Shown: positions 13,863-28,435 of the stretch, piece by piece
Layout of the letters: every line of letters starts with the position of its first letter
How positions within the stretch are numbered: position 1 is the first letter of the stretch
Assembly (NCBI RefSeq): GCF_036321535.1
Contig: NC_087437.1
Coordinates: forward strand, 92,320,001-92,384,000
Reading direction: 5' to 3'
Length of the DNA: 64,000 nucleotides
DNA from: Camelus dromedarius
Taxonomy: Eukaryota
Program-made: the position numbers and the translations under genes
Notes under the pieces: model-generated
The model's database searches: none
Told to the model about the DNA's origin: nothing
Seen by the model: only the letters and a program-made list of their open reading frames with translations

Positions 13863-15189
13863 CCTCTTTTTTTTTTTTAATACTTAAACCTTATAAAATG
13901 TATGTATATCTCAATATATTTTTCAGCTGATTTTCATATGTTTAAATAAAGGAATATGTCAGCAGAGTCTTGAGCTACAGTCTAGATACAATTGGTAGAA
14001 CAACAAAATAATGTGTAATTTTTAAATCATCAAGTGTCAACAAGAGGGATATGTTACTAGGTCTAGGAGAGTCCATATGCCATGTTCCTCCCTGCAAAGC
14101 AATATTTATTAATGGTTACACTAACTGGTGATCAGGAAATGATTATTTAAATACGTTATTTCCCAACGTCATGAGTTTTTCTTACAATTAGAGATCATTA
14201 TCTTTAAGTTCCTAAATCTAACTGCTTTCTGTTACCCAATTAACTGGGTCTCTTTGGAGCAGAAACATAATTCAAAATTAGAATTTTGTGACACCTGTTT
14301 TAAGTTGAACAAACAAAGCACTTTTGGGAAACCTGGGGCCAAACATATTATTAACCTGAGTGATATCTGCACAAAGTTGATGTGCCAAGGAGCATGTGAT
14401 AAATGCTGTTACAGCAGGCCCAATAGGCCTTTTCGCCATTTACCATTTGGTAATGTTTCATTTCTCTCTGAAAATATGGAATCTGAAAAATCCTATGAGG
14501 AAAACATGATCTAGGCTATTCAATTCTCTTGAGATAACATATAAAATTTATTCATAATAAGGGAAATAGAATAGAAATTTTTATGTATTTTAACTGTGTC
14601 ATGAAAAATTTTATGAGCTTGCTGTTTTGTAATGATTCAACTAGGTAACTGAAGAAGCCCACACCTTTTATATGAATAAGAAAGAAAACACTGTTATCGA
14701 AAGTCATTTCCATCAATTCTTAGGTATAAATATGGGAAGCAAGTCACCCTAAACAGAGCAAAGTACTGAAAAGTTGCTATTCATGGAGCTTGATCTTAGA
14801 TGAACCTATTGTATTTACTCCTTTATAAGGGGATGTCAAAGGAAGAGGAAGGTATGCAGTATTTCTCAGACCCATGAAGCAGTTCAGGAGAGGAAGCTCC
14901 CCAGAAAAGAGTGAATTATTATTTATTATTATGAGTAGACAACAAAAGGATATTAGGGAAAAAACCCCTTCAAATTATGTTTATTACTTAAGACCACTGA
15001 TCATGTTTATTCCCTATCATAAAAAAGAATCTACCAATTAATTTGTTAATTGGAAAACAGAAAGAATTCTCTCTTGATATTTGGTCCAAAATTCCCTAAA
15101 AAGCTGAGTAAGTACATATAATGTTTCCCCTAAATATTCCTAAAAGATCTGGAGGTCTCAGGAAATGAGGAAAAGAGTCAACACATCAA

Positions 15190-15302
15190 TTAATTTATTC
15201 TGAAAACATCTATTGCACATCTTCAATATAAATGGTACAATGGGCATAAACTACTGTAGAAATCAAAACCCTGGCTTTCATGGATTTTACATTCCAGTTG
15301 GG
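15190..15302 (-). mobile_element. L2 fragment
   Basis: ccctggctttcatggattttacattccagttggg motif. Confidence 0.5.
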
Positions 15303-18300
15303 TATATTCTACCACATTTTCCCTGATGTGATATTTTGCTATTTCCTTTCCTATCTTTTGCTTTTAAAGAAAGAAACAGTACAGTATTTTCCACCAAGGC
15401 AACAAGACAGGAAGGTAGCCGGGCAAGCAGGAAGGCAAGAAGGTTGTCATGTCAGTTAATTTATATGGGAAAAAAGAGCTATGTAAATTATTACACAATG
15501 TCACATATATGTATTTCTAATGGAAATCTCTAGGTGCAAAAAACAAGTATTTTAATGAAAGATAAAGCAACAGAAAATTGGAAAACAAATAAATAATAGA
15601 AAATAAAAGATGAGTATTGATGCTTCAGTATATGGTTACATTCTTGCTAAAAGCCCCCAAGATTCTGTAACTCATTATCTGAGTTCATATTATTTTAGAA
15701 TATTTAGTTCAGAAGACTTCATTTAGAAATTTCAATTTTCAGAGAGAAGTTAAATGTAATAAACTTTATTTCCCTTGCAAGTACTTGTGATGAATTCTTC
15801 CCAATGATTTCCCAGTATGCCGATTATTTAGAAAGGTGAAGATTATTCTTTTGAGAGAAGACAAAAAATCAGATTGGAACTGCATAAAATAATTCCCAAA
15901 ATGAAAGCCCAGAATTAAATGAAAGATAAACTTGTCCTGGTTTAAGAAATAATCTACATTTCTGGACTACAAAAACTCAGAAATATACATGATAATAAGC
16001 TTCAATATTGTTCTAGGAATTTTGCTTTAGTAATCATTGTGTAATAATGCTAAAGTGTTTACTACTGTGATCCTAAAGTATTTACCACCAGATCCTCCTA
16101 GACCTCTATTAATTTTAAGTGCTGTTATCTATTGTACTTAAGTAATTCTATAATGCAAGGTTGTTTGAAGGTTAATATGTGACTAGGAATTAATTATATT
16201 CTATCAACAATATTGTTTCATTAGTTAACACTAGACAGATTAAATTAGAATCTATTATTTTCCTTACAATTCCAAATGGTGAATTTGTTGCACATACCAA
16301 AAATTAGAGACCTGTCAAAGCCTGAATCTATATTTTTCTTATTAGGTGTTCTAATTTAGTTTGTATTTAGGAAAGATTTTCAATAGGTTTAATATGACAC
16401 TGTAGATTTTGTCAAAAACATTGAAATTGTTGAAAAGTACCTACCAACTCTATATTCTATTAGTTTTTAATAACTCATGTCAGTGACCCAATAGATTTTT
16501 TAAGATTGTATTTCAGAGTGGGGGAAAGTCAGATAAAGGAAAACAAAGAATAATTTTTAAAATCTGCACTTTTCCTCCCAAAGCAATTCTTGCCATGTAC
16601 CATGTAAGAAAGAGTTATGTGATAAATTTGGATTTTCACATCTAGGTAGAGTGTTTAAATTATACATGTACAGCTTGCAGGCTGAGCAGTTCTTCCAAAT
16701 TCTGAAATTTTGTTCAAGTATACTACTTTCTAAATACAATGAACCACAAAGTGAAGACTTGAAATTGAATACCTGAAATCTTTTATTTTTGTGAGGAACT
16801 GCTGTCATTGAAATAGAGAAAGATGAAGTAGCTAATTAACCTTCAAAAAGCTTTTCAATCCATGCCTAGTGAAAAATGTTTACAGTATTCTGATTTATAA
16901 TGTTTTCTTAGTCTTTGAAAAATGATGTAGGAAGTTTAACTGTGATATTGAGTTTGAGTTTGTCTGACTTTGATACCAAGTTCATGTTTGTCTTTGTGAC
17001 ATTCCATCATATGCTGGATGATAGCTTTTTATCAGCAGTTCTTCTCAAGTCAACTCACATCACTTCCTTATTCCTATTAGAAACTCTATCTCATCTAAAT
17101 AGAATGAAATACTTCTGCTGTGCTAGCTCAAACCTTTTATCCTCAGTCTGTGTTTAAAAAAGTAGACAAGTTTTGTTTTGCTTTATTTTGTTTTGACAAC
17201 CTTCCTGTAATTGTTGAAGTGTAAATGCTGCTATAACTGAATGATGCTGTATAAGGTTGTGTGGGTTTCTTATAATTTGTAGAGGCTTCTTTGTTTCTTT
17301 GTTTTTTGATGTCATACCACAGGATTTTTTAAGTTAAAAATTAATGCCTATAGGAGCAGTGAAGATTCTTTAACTGTCCTCGTTTTTTTTTTGTTTGTTT
17401 GTTTGATTGTTTGTTTTTAAGAAAAATCAAAAGTTTTGAGATATGAATGACTCGCACAAAAGCACCAAGATATTAATAATAGACTGGAGCTTGACCTCAG
17501 TATTGCAAATATAATGATCTCTTCACCTTCAGTTAATCATAACACTGAACATTAATAAGGAGGCAAGGGCATCTCCATCCCTTAAGATATTCCATTTAAC
17601 TGAATACTTGCCTTCAACACAGAAATATACATGGATGCCTAAAGTACTCTGAGACATTTCCCTTCATAAGCATATAAAATATCCCACCTTAACACAACAG
17701 TAAATTGCATTTTTTACTTCTTTCTCTGTTTTAAAACTCCTTTTGTTGTGATTATTGCTATCTCACTGTTCTATAACATTGACTATTTCACTTGACTGAC
17801 TCCTTTGTTATAGTTGTATTAACTGCATTTATTTTTAACTTTTTTTTTTAATCTGAGGAGGAAAAATATTATTGTCCTCTTCTCAATCAGTTAATCAGAA
17901 TGCCTACAAATAAAGAGGTCTTTGAAGAGCTTTTTTATTTCTACAGATTTCTCTTAGCTTTAATGTCAAATACAGTGAATGAAGATTTTTCTTTTCAGTA
18001 AAACACATTTTCTTTGTGTATTTTTAAAAGCCATTTTAGCTCACCTTTAAGAAAAAAAGTGTCTTTTGTTCCAATAGAATTCTCTTGTCTTCCCTTATTC
18101 ATCATTAGGCCAAGTGCTGGGAGGAAATCCTTTGTGATTCATTCATTTTGAAATCATCTTGTATTAATTAAGGTGGAAGTACATTTACAACAATCACTGG
18201 TAAATGATGTGAAAAAATATTTAGCCCACTCTTCTTGATTGTAATATGTTTGTTGAAGACTTTTCGTGGTTTTCAAATTGGCATTTAGAAACTTCGCTTG

Positions 18301-20287
18301 GTTTAAGTGATGAATGTTTTGCTTGATATAACAATACAGAAGCTAACCTTGTGTCTTCTCTTTCCCAGTTTTCAATGCACGTTTTCTAAGTGCTGCTTGC
18401 TTACTTCTTGGGTATAACAAAGGAGAGAACATGCATTTCTCTCAAAATTTAACATTAGAAAAGCTAAGTCCCAACTTAGACAATTAGCACCCCAATTAAA
18501 TAGCCCTTCTAAATACCCAGTGTTTATTTATGTTATTTTGTTTACATGAGTCTGATTCTCATCTCTTTTATTTTTATTTTGCTATACCCAATTCATACCT
18601 GATGATATTCAGATAAAGAGAGCAGGTGAACTACTTGATTTAAGTCCTTTACCATCCTAACATATGTTTCCTCAGTGGATGGAGAGTGGAACATTGAGCC
18701 ATGAGCAGGAATATCATCCAGTGATGCAACAGGACACTAGCTTGAAACATCAGAAGTAGTTTACTTGGTTGTTTGACTTGTATCAAATAAACAACTAACT
18801 TATTGCTATATCAAGCTAAGGCAACTGAATTTTTAAAGGGAGTATATTTACCTACATAGTAAGATCATTATCTTCAAACATTCACTTAGAGTAACTGGCA
18901 GGTTACTGTTCACCTCAAAAAAAATTGCTGCTTGTGTCTGTATTCTCTTAGGCTATGACTTACTACCCATAATACTTAGATTTCTTCTTCTTATCCAAAG
19001 GTTACAGATACTGTGAAACTGATCAATACAGTTCCTTTCATAGTCAACAAGAATTATATGGAGCAACGATCCTGTGTGACTTTTTGAAAATGCTAAATTA
19101 GAGTCAGTAAGGAAAAGATCATAAGTCTGCTCCGAAAAACTAACTTTATCTCAATTTGTCTAAAGCAGCTAGTTACCTCAGTGGAGGCAATATTTGAAAC
19201 CCAGAATGTAAAGCCAAAACAGAAGGTCTTTTTTTCTTTTTTATCATGAAAAATGAGACATGGTAGGCTTAAAGGGATAATTATATCACAATGATTTTGA
19301 GCTTGTCATTTTAATAAAATGTATACTTGTTCTCTAGGACCTAAACAATTTATTAATAATTTGCATTTTTAAAAAACCAATGGTGAACCCATACATTGTA
19401 AAACTGTAGCTTCTCAATGTTTCTGTACTTTGTTCCATTTGCTAAGGCTCTGCTAAAATTAATCATTCACAACAGCTCATTTATTTTTCGTCTCTTAATA
19501 TTCTTGAAACTATTCAAGAATTTAAGAAGATGAATTTTTATAAAAATATATCTTTCTTCAGAAAACATTTAATGTACAGAAAACATATAATTTTTCCTCC
19601 AAATCAAATATTTAGTACTGATACTAATGAATCATTGGAGCCTCTGTGACCAGGCACCTGTGCTTTTATATCTTATAAGAAAGCCAAAAGATAATATAAA
19701 CCCATTTTCTTGGCTCTGCTATATATTACCCAATTGAATTCAGGGTAATTTCCCAACGGTCCGCATAGCAACCTGGGACAAGCTGTTCGGTTTTAATACA
19801 AGTGATTTTTTTTTTCGTATAACACCGTTTTGTTTCATGGAGAGATAAGTACAGAACTTTTCTGATTAAAAGAAAAAAACTGAATTGCTCACTATCTGAG
19901 TTCAGGAAATCATTTTGCAACTTCCTCTATTCTTTTTCTCCTCATTTTTTATAAGAAATTCAGATTCTATACTTTGACACTTATATCAAAATGTTTTTTA
20001 GGCTAGGCTATGAAAAATAAAAATGCACTGGCAATTAAGGAAATTATTTTACGTAGGTTATTACAATATGGAGACTATGATTAATGAGAAATATTTCAAA
20101 GAGAAGGAAAGGAGCCTGAGAGTCTACAGAAGCAAGTAAAATGAGGAGGTATAGACAGGTAGTTTATGAGAGTCACGAAGAAGGGTGAAGAAAGGGTGCA
20201 GGTGGTGAGTTCTCAGAATATGCAGGGAGTCCTCTACAATTTACATTTTCTCAAAACACAGAAGTCTAGGGTATTTCTCAGCCATCC

Positions 20288-20653
20288 CTGAAATCAATGT
20301 GTCAATACGGCCATACCACCTCTGAAGGCTTTTAGGGAAGAATCCTTCCTCATCTCTTTCTAGGTTCTGATTCTTGTCTACAATCTGTGGCATTTATTTC
20401 TTAGCTTGTAGACAAGTCATCCCAGGGTCAGCCTCCTTATTCACATGGCCTTGTTCTCTGCATGTTTCTCTGTGTGTCCTCTCCTCTTTTCTAAGGTGAC
20501 AGATAATTGTATTTAGGGCCCACTCCAAACCAGTATGACCTCTTCTTAAAAAATTATACCTGCAAATATCCTGTTTCCAAGTAAGTTCACCTTCTAAAGT
20601 TCCAGGTGGACGTGAACTTTTGGGTTTGTGGGAACTTTATTCAACCCACTACA
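20288..20653 (-). mobile_element. MaLR LTR (MLT1-type)
   Basis: ctctgaaggctttagggaagaatccttcct, tttagggcccactc..cagtatgacctc, attcaacccactaca end. Confidence 0.8.
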
Positions 20654-22668
20654 GACAGAATTCTGGGTTAGCAAGAAATAGCATTTGGTTATCTAGTCAA
20701 TCCAAGTGGCCATAAACCTTTAAAAGTAACCACAGAAAGTCATATTATTATAAAGAACTTCAGCTCTTCCAAGGTGAGAACTTTGTTCTCATAAATAACT
20801 GAGGACATGATAAATCAACATAAAGTGCAGACAGTTTTTATTTTAAATATTTAGTTTAACAGCTCTGGTACCCTTTGCATTTTAAGCAAATCAGGAGTTT
20901 TTCAGATTCACAATATTCCTTTTCTCTTCCTCGAGATGGCAAATGGTTGTTGGAAGGGACCTTACTGTGTCCTCATGGCTGCAGGGAGCTATGTGCTGCT
21001 CTCTGGATCCTTGGTGGTTTCTTCTTTGCAGTAAGTAGACTGGTCAGCTCCATAGACTGGTCATTGCCCTGGGTTCTCTGTATAGTCCTTGCCTTTTCTA
21101 CTGGTCTCAGACATCTGTCTCTTCTTTCTAACCCCAAACCTCTATATCCTTTCTAGTCTGAGCATGTCTATATTTCTTTCTTGGCAAGCACCAGGACTTC
21201 TGGGTCCTTCGTGTACCATGCATATTATAAGAAGGACCAGAATGATGACTCAAGCCAATCTACCATTTAACCTCTCACTGCTATCTTCAAATCATGATGT
21301 ATAAACGTTAGGTAGGAAGATAAGTGGGGGCACTAGGCAGATAGGTGAAGGAGAGGGAGGATGGTCCAAAAGACGGTGTTATGCAGCATAACAGCATAAA
21401 GGGACTTTACTTCTAAATGAGTGACTGCCAGCAAGAAACTGGTTAAAACCCAACAGCGACAGACAGCGTAATAGCAGAAAGGACTTAATTGGAGACAACC
21501 CAAAGCTCATTGTATTATAATTAACACTGCAGTTTAGCCACCCACCCCCATAGGTTTTTTCTGTAAATACAATGGGTGAGGACATGCACAAAGGAGCCAA
21601 ACATGACTAAACGCTCCAGGGGCAAGAGCTGACAATCAATGAAAAGATCACCTCTAAGTGAGGGTAAAACAAAAACAGGAGATAAAAACCAACACTTTTC
21701 CTCCCTTGTATCAGCCTGACTCTCATTCTTGGAGGTTTACTTTTTTCCTTTTTTAAATAAATCTTTAAAAATCTTTCACTACACAACATACCGTCTCCCA
21801 ACTGTAAGCTTGTCTTTCGGGTCTGACAAGAGTTGGGATCGTTACCTTTCTGGGTAACATGAATATGTATATCCCAATCTATACCTATGAAGATTGAATC
21901 AGATAGACCTTTTTTGACAGGCAGTTCCACCTACTCACAACTCAGCCTCCTCTGAAGCCAAGCAAAGAGAACTATTCTAGAATACAAGAAAGGATAAGCC
22001 ATTTTCTCTTCTGGAATTCACTTCTATCTTGCACCTCTCCAGTTGCAGATTCAGAATGACAGCACCAGCTTTTCACCAGCCTGACATTTTTCTTGTGATT
22101 CTCCCACGGAACAAGCTTAGGCATCTTTCAAAATAGCATAATAAATTGTCCAGATTTTCCCACCATAAGATATTCTCCTTGTACCCTATAACACATATTT
22201 CACATGGGATAAAGTTACCTTTCAGCTGAACTGGGAGAGTTCTATGCTTATCTTTGGGGAGATCTGGAGGTCTTGGTCAAGATAAGAATAAGAGTTAGGT
22301 AATCTGCTGTTTGAAGTCCAGAACTCCCCCGGTGACACTGAGAGTCAGTTTTTTACATTGTTTGAGGTTGTATAAACTGGTGGCTTATTCCTGTTTTAAC
22401 TGCTTTACTCTCTGGCTTGGCTGCCTGATCAGTGAGGAATATAAAACCCTACAGGATACTTTTTACCATGTCTCTTTAAACCAAGATTTCTCACTCATAC
22501 CTTGGTGGTACAAAATCCAGAGATGAAGCAGTTTCTGTGCAACTTTGAAAGAACCCTGGGTAGCTACACCTAGAAAACTCTGAGCCCACGATTCTCACCT
22601 CTGCTTCATTTCTCCTGATGTACTTGATTAAAGTCTTACATAATTACACCTTGTGCACCTTTGTGAGT

Positions 22669-22764
22669 CTTTTTCTTTTTTTTTTTTAATGGAGGTACTG
22701 GGTATTGAACCCAGGATCTCATGCATGCTAAGCATGCACTCTACCTCTGAGCTATACTCACCCC
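22669..22764 (-). mobile_element. Camelid Vic-1-type SINE (short form)
   Basis: tRNA-like head and poly(A) tail; TSD tgtgagt (22662-22668 / 22765-22771). Confidence 0.9.
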
Positions 22765-22828
22765 TGTGAGTTTTTTCAATTATCTGGACAGTCCAGTCAT
22801 TGCACTGTTTAACATAATCCCATCTTCT

Positions 22829-23012
22829 TTTCTTTTTTAATCTTTTTATTTTAGTTTAGTTTTTTGGGGAGGGTGGGGTGCATAAGTAGGTTTGTTTATT
22901 TATTTATTTGTTGATTGATCATTGATTTTTAGAAGTGGTGCTGGGGATTGAACCCAGCGCCCTGGGAGTGCTAAGCATGTGCTCTATCACTTGAGGTATA
23001 CTCTCCCCTCTG
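22829..23012 (-). mobile_element. Camelid Vic-1-type SINE (long-tail form)
   Basis: tRNA-like head; exact 14-bp TSD taatcccatcttct (22815-22828 / 23013-23026). Confidence 0.9.
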
Positions 23013-23129
23013 TAATCCCATCTTCTGACTCAAGGCATAATAACTCCTAAAAAATAACACCGAAGAACATAACTCTCAAAATCCAATCAGTTTTTTAAGG
23101 TCATGATAAGAGAGAAAAATCTCTCTTTT

Positions 23130-23445
23130 CTAGGATTGTAAGTGGGAATGATGTATTTCTAGGCTATTCTGCAGCAATGCTCTCCCCTTTATTATTCTGA
23201 TGGAATTTATCTGGAGCATGGCAAAGAGTGATTATGACAATATACAAAGAAATGATAAATACTGAGGGAAAGAGACAATGAGATGAAGAAACAGAAATAG
23301 AGAAAGGAACATAAAGAACCCAGAAGTCCTAAAGTTAGCTTTACTACTGGACACCCCAGTTATTTGAGCAATAAATTCTCATTTATGTGTAAGTGGTAAG
23401 AGTGGTGTTTCTGTCACAGTTAACAAAAACAACTTTGACTACTAT
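23130..23445 (+). mobile_element. Old MaLR LTR fragment (late MLT1-type)
   Basis: cagttatttgagcaataaattctc..tttctgtcac..aacaaaa 3' LTR motif. Confidence 0.5.
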
Positions 23446-23885
23446 GTTATTTGAGAACAAAAGCCATGATTTATTTATATTTGTATCCCCAGTTTTACTG
23501 CCACAGTCTAGGTAAAGTACTTAGTAAATGTTAAATCAAAGAATAAAACTAATAAATGTTTAAGATCACCTTAGGTGAATACTTTTGGATGTCCCCAAAT
23601 TCATAAAATGGTAGGCTGATTTCATCCTGTGAGTCCCCATTAAAACATGTATGAATTGACAATATTGAATTTAAAGCAATTTGAGTTATATATAGTAGAG
23701 ATATCTTAAGTTTGTAATATAATGCATAAGTGCAATACAATATTCAGGAACTATTATTAACTCTCCTTAATTAATTTGTGGGATTAATTCTCCAATACTT
23801 CTAGAATAAATTTTGGGGAAGACTCCTGAGTTTTTAGTTACTCCCTTATGATAAAATATCCTCTGATCAATAATGAATGTGTCTC

Positions 23886-24720
23886 CAAAACACTGACAAT
23901 ACCAAATTCCAGTGAGGATATAGAGCAACAGTAACTCTCATTCATTGCTTGTGGGCATACAAAATGGTACAGCTACTTTGGAAAACAATTTGACAATTTC
24001 TTACAAAACTAAATTTACTTTTACCACAATATCCATCAACTGCCCTTGTATATACCCAAGTGAATTGAAAACTTATATCCATACAAAATCCAGTTCTTAG
24101 ATGTTTATATAAGTTTAATTCACAGTTGCCCAAACTTGGAAGCAACCATGATGCCCTTCATTAGGTTAACGGAAAATAATCTGTGATATGTGCAGACCAT
24201 ATTATTATTGAGCACTAACATGAAATGAGTTATTAAGCCATGAAAAGACATAAAATGCATGTTACTAAGTGAAAGAAGCCAGCCTGAAAGGATACATACT
24301 ATGTGATTCCAATTATGTGACATTCTGGAAAAGGCAAAACTATGGATACAATGAAAAGATCAGTGGTTGCAAAGGGTTAGGAGGAGGGAGAGGTGGATAA
24401 CATAGAGGATTCTTAAAGCACTGAAACTCTTCTTTTTGATACTATAATGGTGGGTATATGTCATTATACATTTGTCAAAACCCACAGAATGTATACCACC
24501 AAGAGTGAACACTAATGTAAATTATGGACTTTGGATGACAATGATGTATCAATGTAGGCCCATCAATTGTAATAAATGAACCACTCTGGTGAGGGATGTT
24601 GATAGTGGAGGAGGTTGTATGTGTGTGAAGGTAGGGTGTTTATGAGAACTCTCCATATTTTCTGCTCAGTTTAGTTCTGAACCAAAATCTGCTCTAAAAA
24701 TAAAATCCATTAAAAAATAA
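23886..24720 (+). mobile_element. L1 (L1MC-type) 3' end
   Basis: ctgacaataccaa..aaatggtacagctactttggaaaaca..gtcattatacatttgtcaaaacccacagaatgta..ctaaaaataaa. Confidence 0.9.
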
Positions 24721-26348
24721 TGATTATGTCCATAATTGTAAAATAACAAACATTTTAAACTTTATTTCAAGGCAAAACTTTCTCACTCTCCCAAGCCAGA
24801 TTTGATAAGCCTCACTGTGTATAGTGGAATGAGTAGGGGGGAGGTTGATTTTTTCTCTTTCTACTTTCTGCATCTATGCTCATTCCTTAGCTTGCCAACC
24901 TCTATTTTATATCCTCCAGGATAGACAGGGGCACAGGTTCACAAATAGGAAGGTGAAAGTTTTATGGTGGGAGGCAGGGAGGAACGGGAGAGAAGGGTGG
25001 GCAAAAAAATTCCAACTTGTGTAAAATTGCAGTGGTAAAATGTTACTATCTCTGGGTGTGACCATTCTTGAAAGCTGGCTGAATAATGGAACTTACTTGT
25101 GAGTTTCTCTTTTGCCATGATCTATCATTTGTAGTTTCATTGTCTATTGTGGCTGGTCTACTCACTCTTAGGCACTAAGCATCTGGAGTCAATAGGTCCA
25201 TTTGCCATAAAAGCTCTACTCTTGGAGAGCAACTGAGAACAACTCTCTAGTATGTGTAATCTAGAATTTCTCCTCAAGAGACTGTCATACACTCACGGTC
25301 TAGAAAAACTCTGAGTATGTAAGTTTCCCTGCCCTGTTGTGTTTGCAGGCATGAATTAAACACAAGTTTTAAACTGCAGAGGACAATTTTGAAACTTTCT
25401 GAGTTGTCTCCATAAAGCATCTGTCTCTTGAATTGAGTATACAGGGAAAAAACTCACAACTACAGCAAACTTTAGCTCTCACTAAAACTCTACTTAAAAA
25501 AATAAAACAAAACAAACTCCTTCAATGTCCCCACAATTTATATACTTGATGTGGATGAGGAGACTTAAATATGACAACATTAGGTTTCTACCATCTTTTT
25601 TGCATGTACTGCTGGTGTCATTAAAATTTATTTTGTTCTTGATTTTCAGTGGAAAATTCCACTTGAACATGCTGTTATGTTTACTAGGGGAAGAAAAAAA
25701 AAAAAAAAACTCCATGAGAAACCTATTTCACAAAATGTTTAGAAGTCTAGGTCCTGAAAAGAGATACAACATGGGCTGAAATCCCAGCTCTCCCATTTTT
25801 ATCAGATTTGTGATGTTCACAAACAGTTTAAAGATTTTACCAGTTTTTATTTCAAAAGTGAAAGATAGAACAGTATATACCTCATAAAATTTTGGTAAGG
25901 TAAACAACTTAATATACTTAAAGGACCAATGTATCCGAACATGGTAAATTCTCAAAAATGTAACTAAATAATCATCATTAGTTGTTAATAAAATTCTACT
26001 TCTGTATCAACATGTGACAGTCAAGTATACTTTAATTTGAAAATTATTTTATTGAAAATATGATAAAGAAAACAAAACTAAAAAAAACCCCACTATCATT
26101 GTTCAAACTAATGGAGTTTGATGCAATAATGTGTTTCTGTGATACATGAATACATACTTTTAGTTTTTCACCTCTTTTCTTTCCCATTTTCTACCCTCTA
26201 ATTTCTCTGGCCCTTTATTTTCAACCTTTTTTCTCCTTCTCCTTATTTTACTTATTTTTACCCATCTTCTTCCTATTCTCTTCCTTTCTATATAAACTCC
26301 ATTCCCATATGTAAATCAAGAAATGCTCCAGCTTTTAATAGTTGTTAA

Positions 26349-26837
26349 TGTGAATGAAAAATACTGCAAACCATATCAGTAAACAAAGAATGCTGAAACC
26401 ATCAAGTCATCAGCGGCTGCGGCCAACCTCCTCCCTCCCCTCGTGAAGACAACCCTGCAGCCCAGCCTCTGCAGCCACTTACAATGGTGCACCCTGAGGG
26501 GACTCAGAATAAGAAAGGACAGGTTACTGGCCCTAGGTAGCTAGGTGCTTGTCAAAGGAATGAATTCCATGAGCCCAAATGTTTGCTTCCTCCCATATAT
26601 AGAAAAGCACTGAATTCTTTAACCTGAGATGCCTGGTTTTCTTTAGATAACAAGTAATCTTTTATTGTTCCAACTACCTGGTCTTTGTTGTAAAGCTCCT
26701 ATATATCCTAGCTCCTCCCCTACCTCTTCAGAGCAGTCCCTCAGAGCACATCTGAGAGGCTGTCATCCAACTTGTGTCTTCCCACCAAATAAAACGTAAC
26801 TCTCAACTTTTAGGCTGCGCATTTATTTCAGTAGACA
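26349..26837 (+). mobile_element. ERV1-type solo LTR, 489 bp
   Basis: TG...CA termini, TSD TTAA (26345-26348 / 26838-26841), AATAAA near the 3' end, same family as 7273-7761. Confidence 0.9.
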
Positions 26838-27499
26838 TTAACAAGTACTTATAATTTGAAAATTTTTTGAGAACTTCAGGGAACTGAAAATGTCAATGAA
26901 TTTGTATGTTGCCTGAGAACACAATGTTTACAATTTAGATTCATTAGCTCTGGATAAGAAAAAAAAAGGTATCGCAATTTAATCCTTCTTAGAAGATCCA
27001 TAAGGAAAGGCAGATCCTCATGTGACAAAGATTTTCCATTTATTTCATAAAGAATCTAACATCTAGTGTCTGTCTCTGAATGCTGTCTGAACTGATCACA
27101 ATAAACAGAGAAGAGCTTGGCAGAATGAATGTCTTTTGTAATCAGGCATTACAGGGTGTGGGAATAGGGTGATAAGTTCCTGTTCTGTTTTATTTTATAG
27201 AAACAGGAGAAATTACATGGATGAAAGAGATCAGGTAGATTATTCCCTTTAGTTCCCCTGAATTTCTTATACTTAAGTATGGTATAAGACAAGAAGATGA
27301 AAAAAATCAAGTTAGACACAACATTGAAAGCACGGCCTCCTAAAAGAAGAGTCCTTTGTGATCAAAGCCGAGGAAAATTTTGCAGACAAGAAGTATGGAA
27401 TTAAATGACTGAGTCATTTAACAGAGTTGCAAATGCATATTGCCTAAAGCTGAATAAGTAAGGAAGAGGTATAGAGGATTAGAATAAAATGAATCCTTC

Positions 27500-28435
27500 T
27501 GATACCAAGCAGACCCTGTGGGGTCCTCCCTGGTACAAATCTTTCAGTGTTCCCAGTTTCTTGTTTGTGGGCAATAGGCTTAATTCAAGGTCTCTTTGAC
27601 CTTCCCTGAATTTCAAAGGGCAGATTTAAACAACTGCTCATCTGGGAAGGGAGGGAGTGCAGAAACAAGGGAGGGGCAGTCAAGAAACAATAGTGCAGCC
27701 TTGGGGCAGGATCTGGTTCCTCCTCCTGGAGTGTAACAATCTTCTGAAGGAACTAAGGCCCCCTAACCCCTGCCTCTTATCATGGCTGAGCAGAATCTTG
27801 GGAGATAGTTTTCTGGGGGATACTGGGTCCACCAGATTGCCGGCATTGTGATTAAAAGCAACTTTCCTTTTTGTTACTAAGGTTGTTGCCCCCAGGATCA
27901 TACCCCTTGCCCCTCCCTGAAAAAGAAAGGAATTAGTCTTATCTAAGTCTCAGGAAGCAGCTGCAAAGAGAAGAAACAAGAATCCTTTAGAACCTGTGAA
28001 GCCCAAGATGGCAAAGGATTTGACTGCCAGTGGACCTTAAGCCTCATTATATGGTCATTGTAATTTAGTAGCATGCTGAACGACACACCCACCAGCTCTA
28101 TGGCAGTTTACGATTGCCATGACAACAACTGGAAAAGCTCATACCAGGACAGGAAAGAAAGGCAACTGGCTCCAGCATCCCTGGAACAAGGACATGATGG
28201 TGGAAGCCTCCCATAAACATCCAAGTGGCCTGAGCCACAACTGGAGCTCTCTCTACAGGCCGTCTTGGCTGACAGCTCATCGATCGAGCACGCTCCTACC
28301 TTTTCTTCTTTTGAGAAATAAAGCAGCTTCTACACTTTGTCCCTCTGCCTCTGCTGTGAAATCTTTCACAGCCGGCGGCAAGGACCCACATTTTGGTGGG
28401 CCTCCTAATTTAGGGGGTCTCTCTGTCCACCAACA
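27500..28435 (+). mobile_element. ERV1-type solo LTR, 936 bp
   Basis: TG...CA termini, TSD CTTC (27496-27499 / 28436-28439), AATAAA at 28317-28322, retained CpGs. Confidence 0.85.

Noticed and set aside
7273..26837. The two related LTRs as ends of one provirus
   Set aside because: They are in opposite orientation, have different TSDs and enclose no retroviral internal sequence
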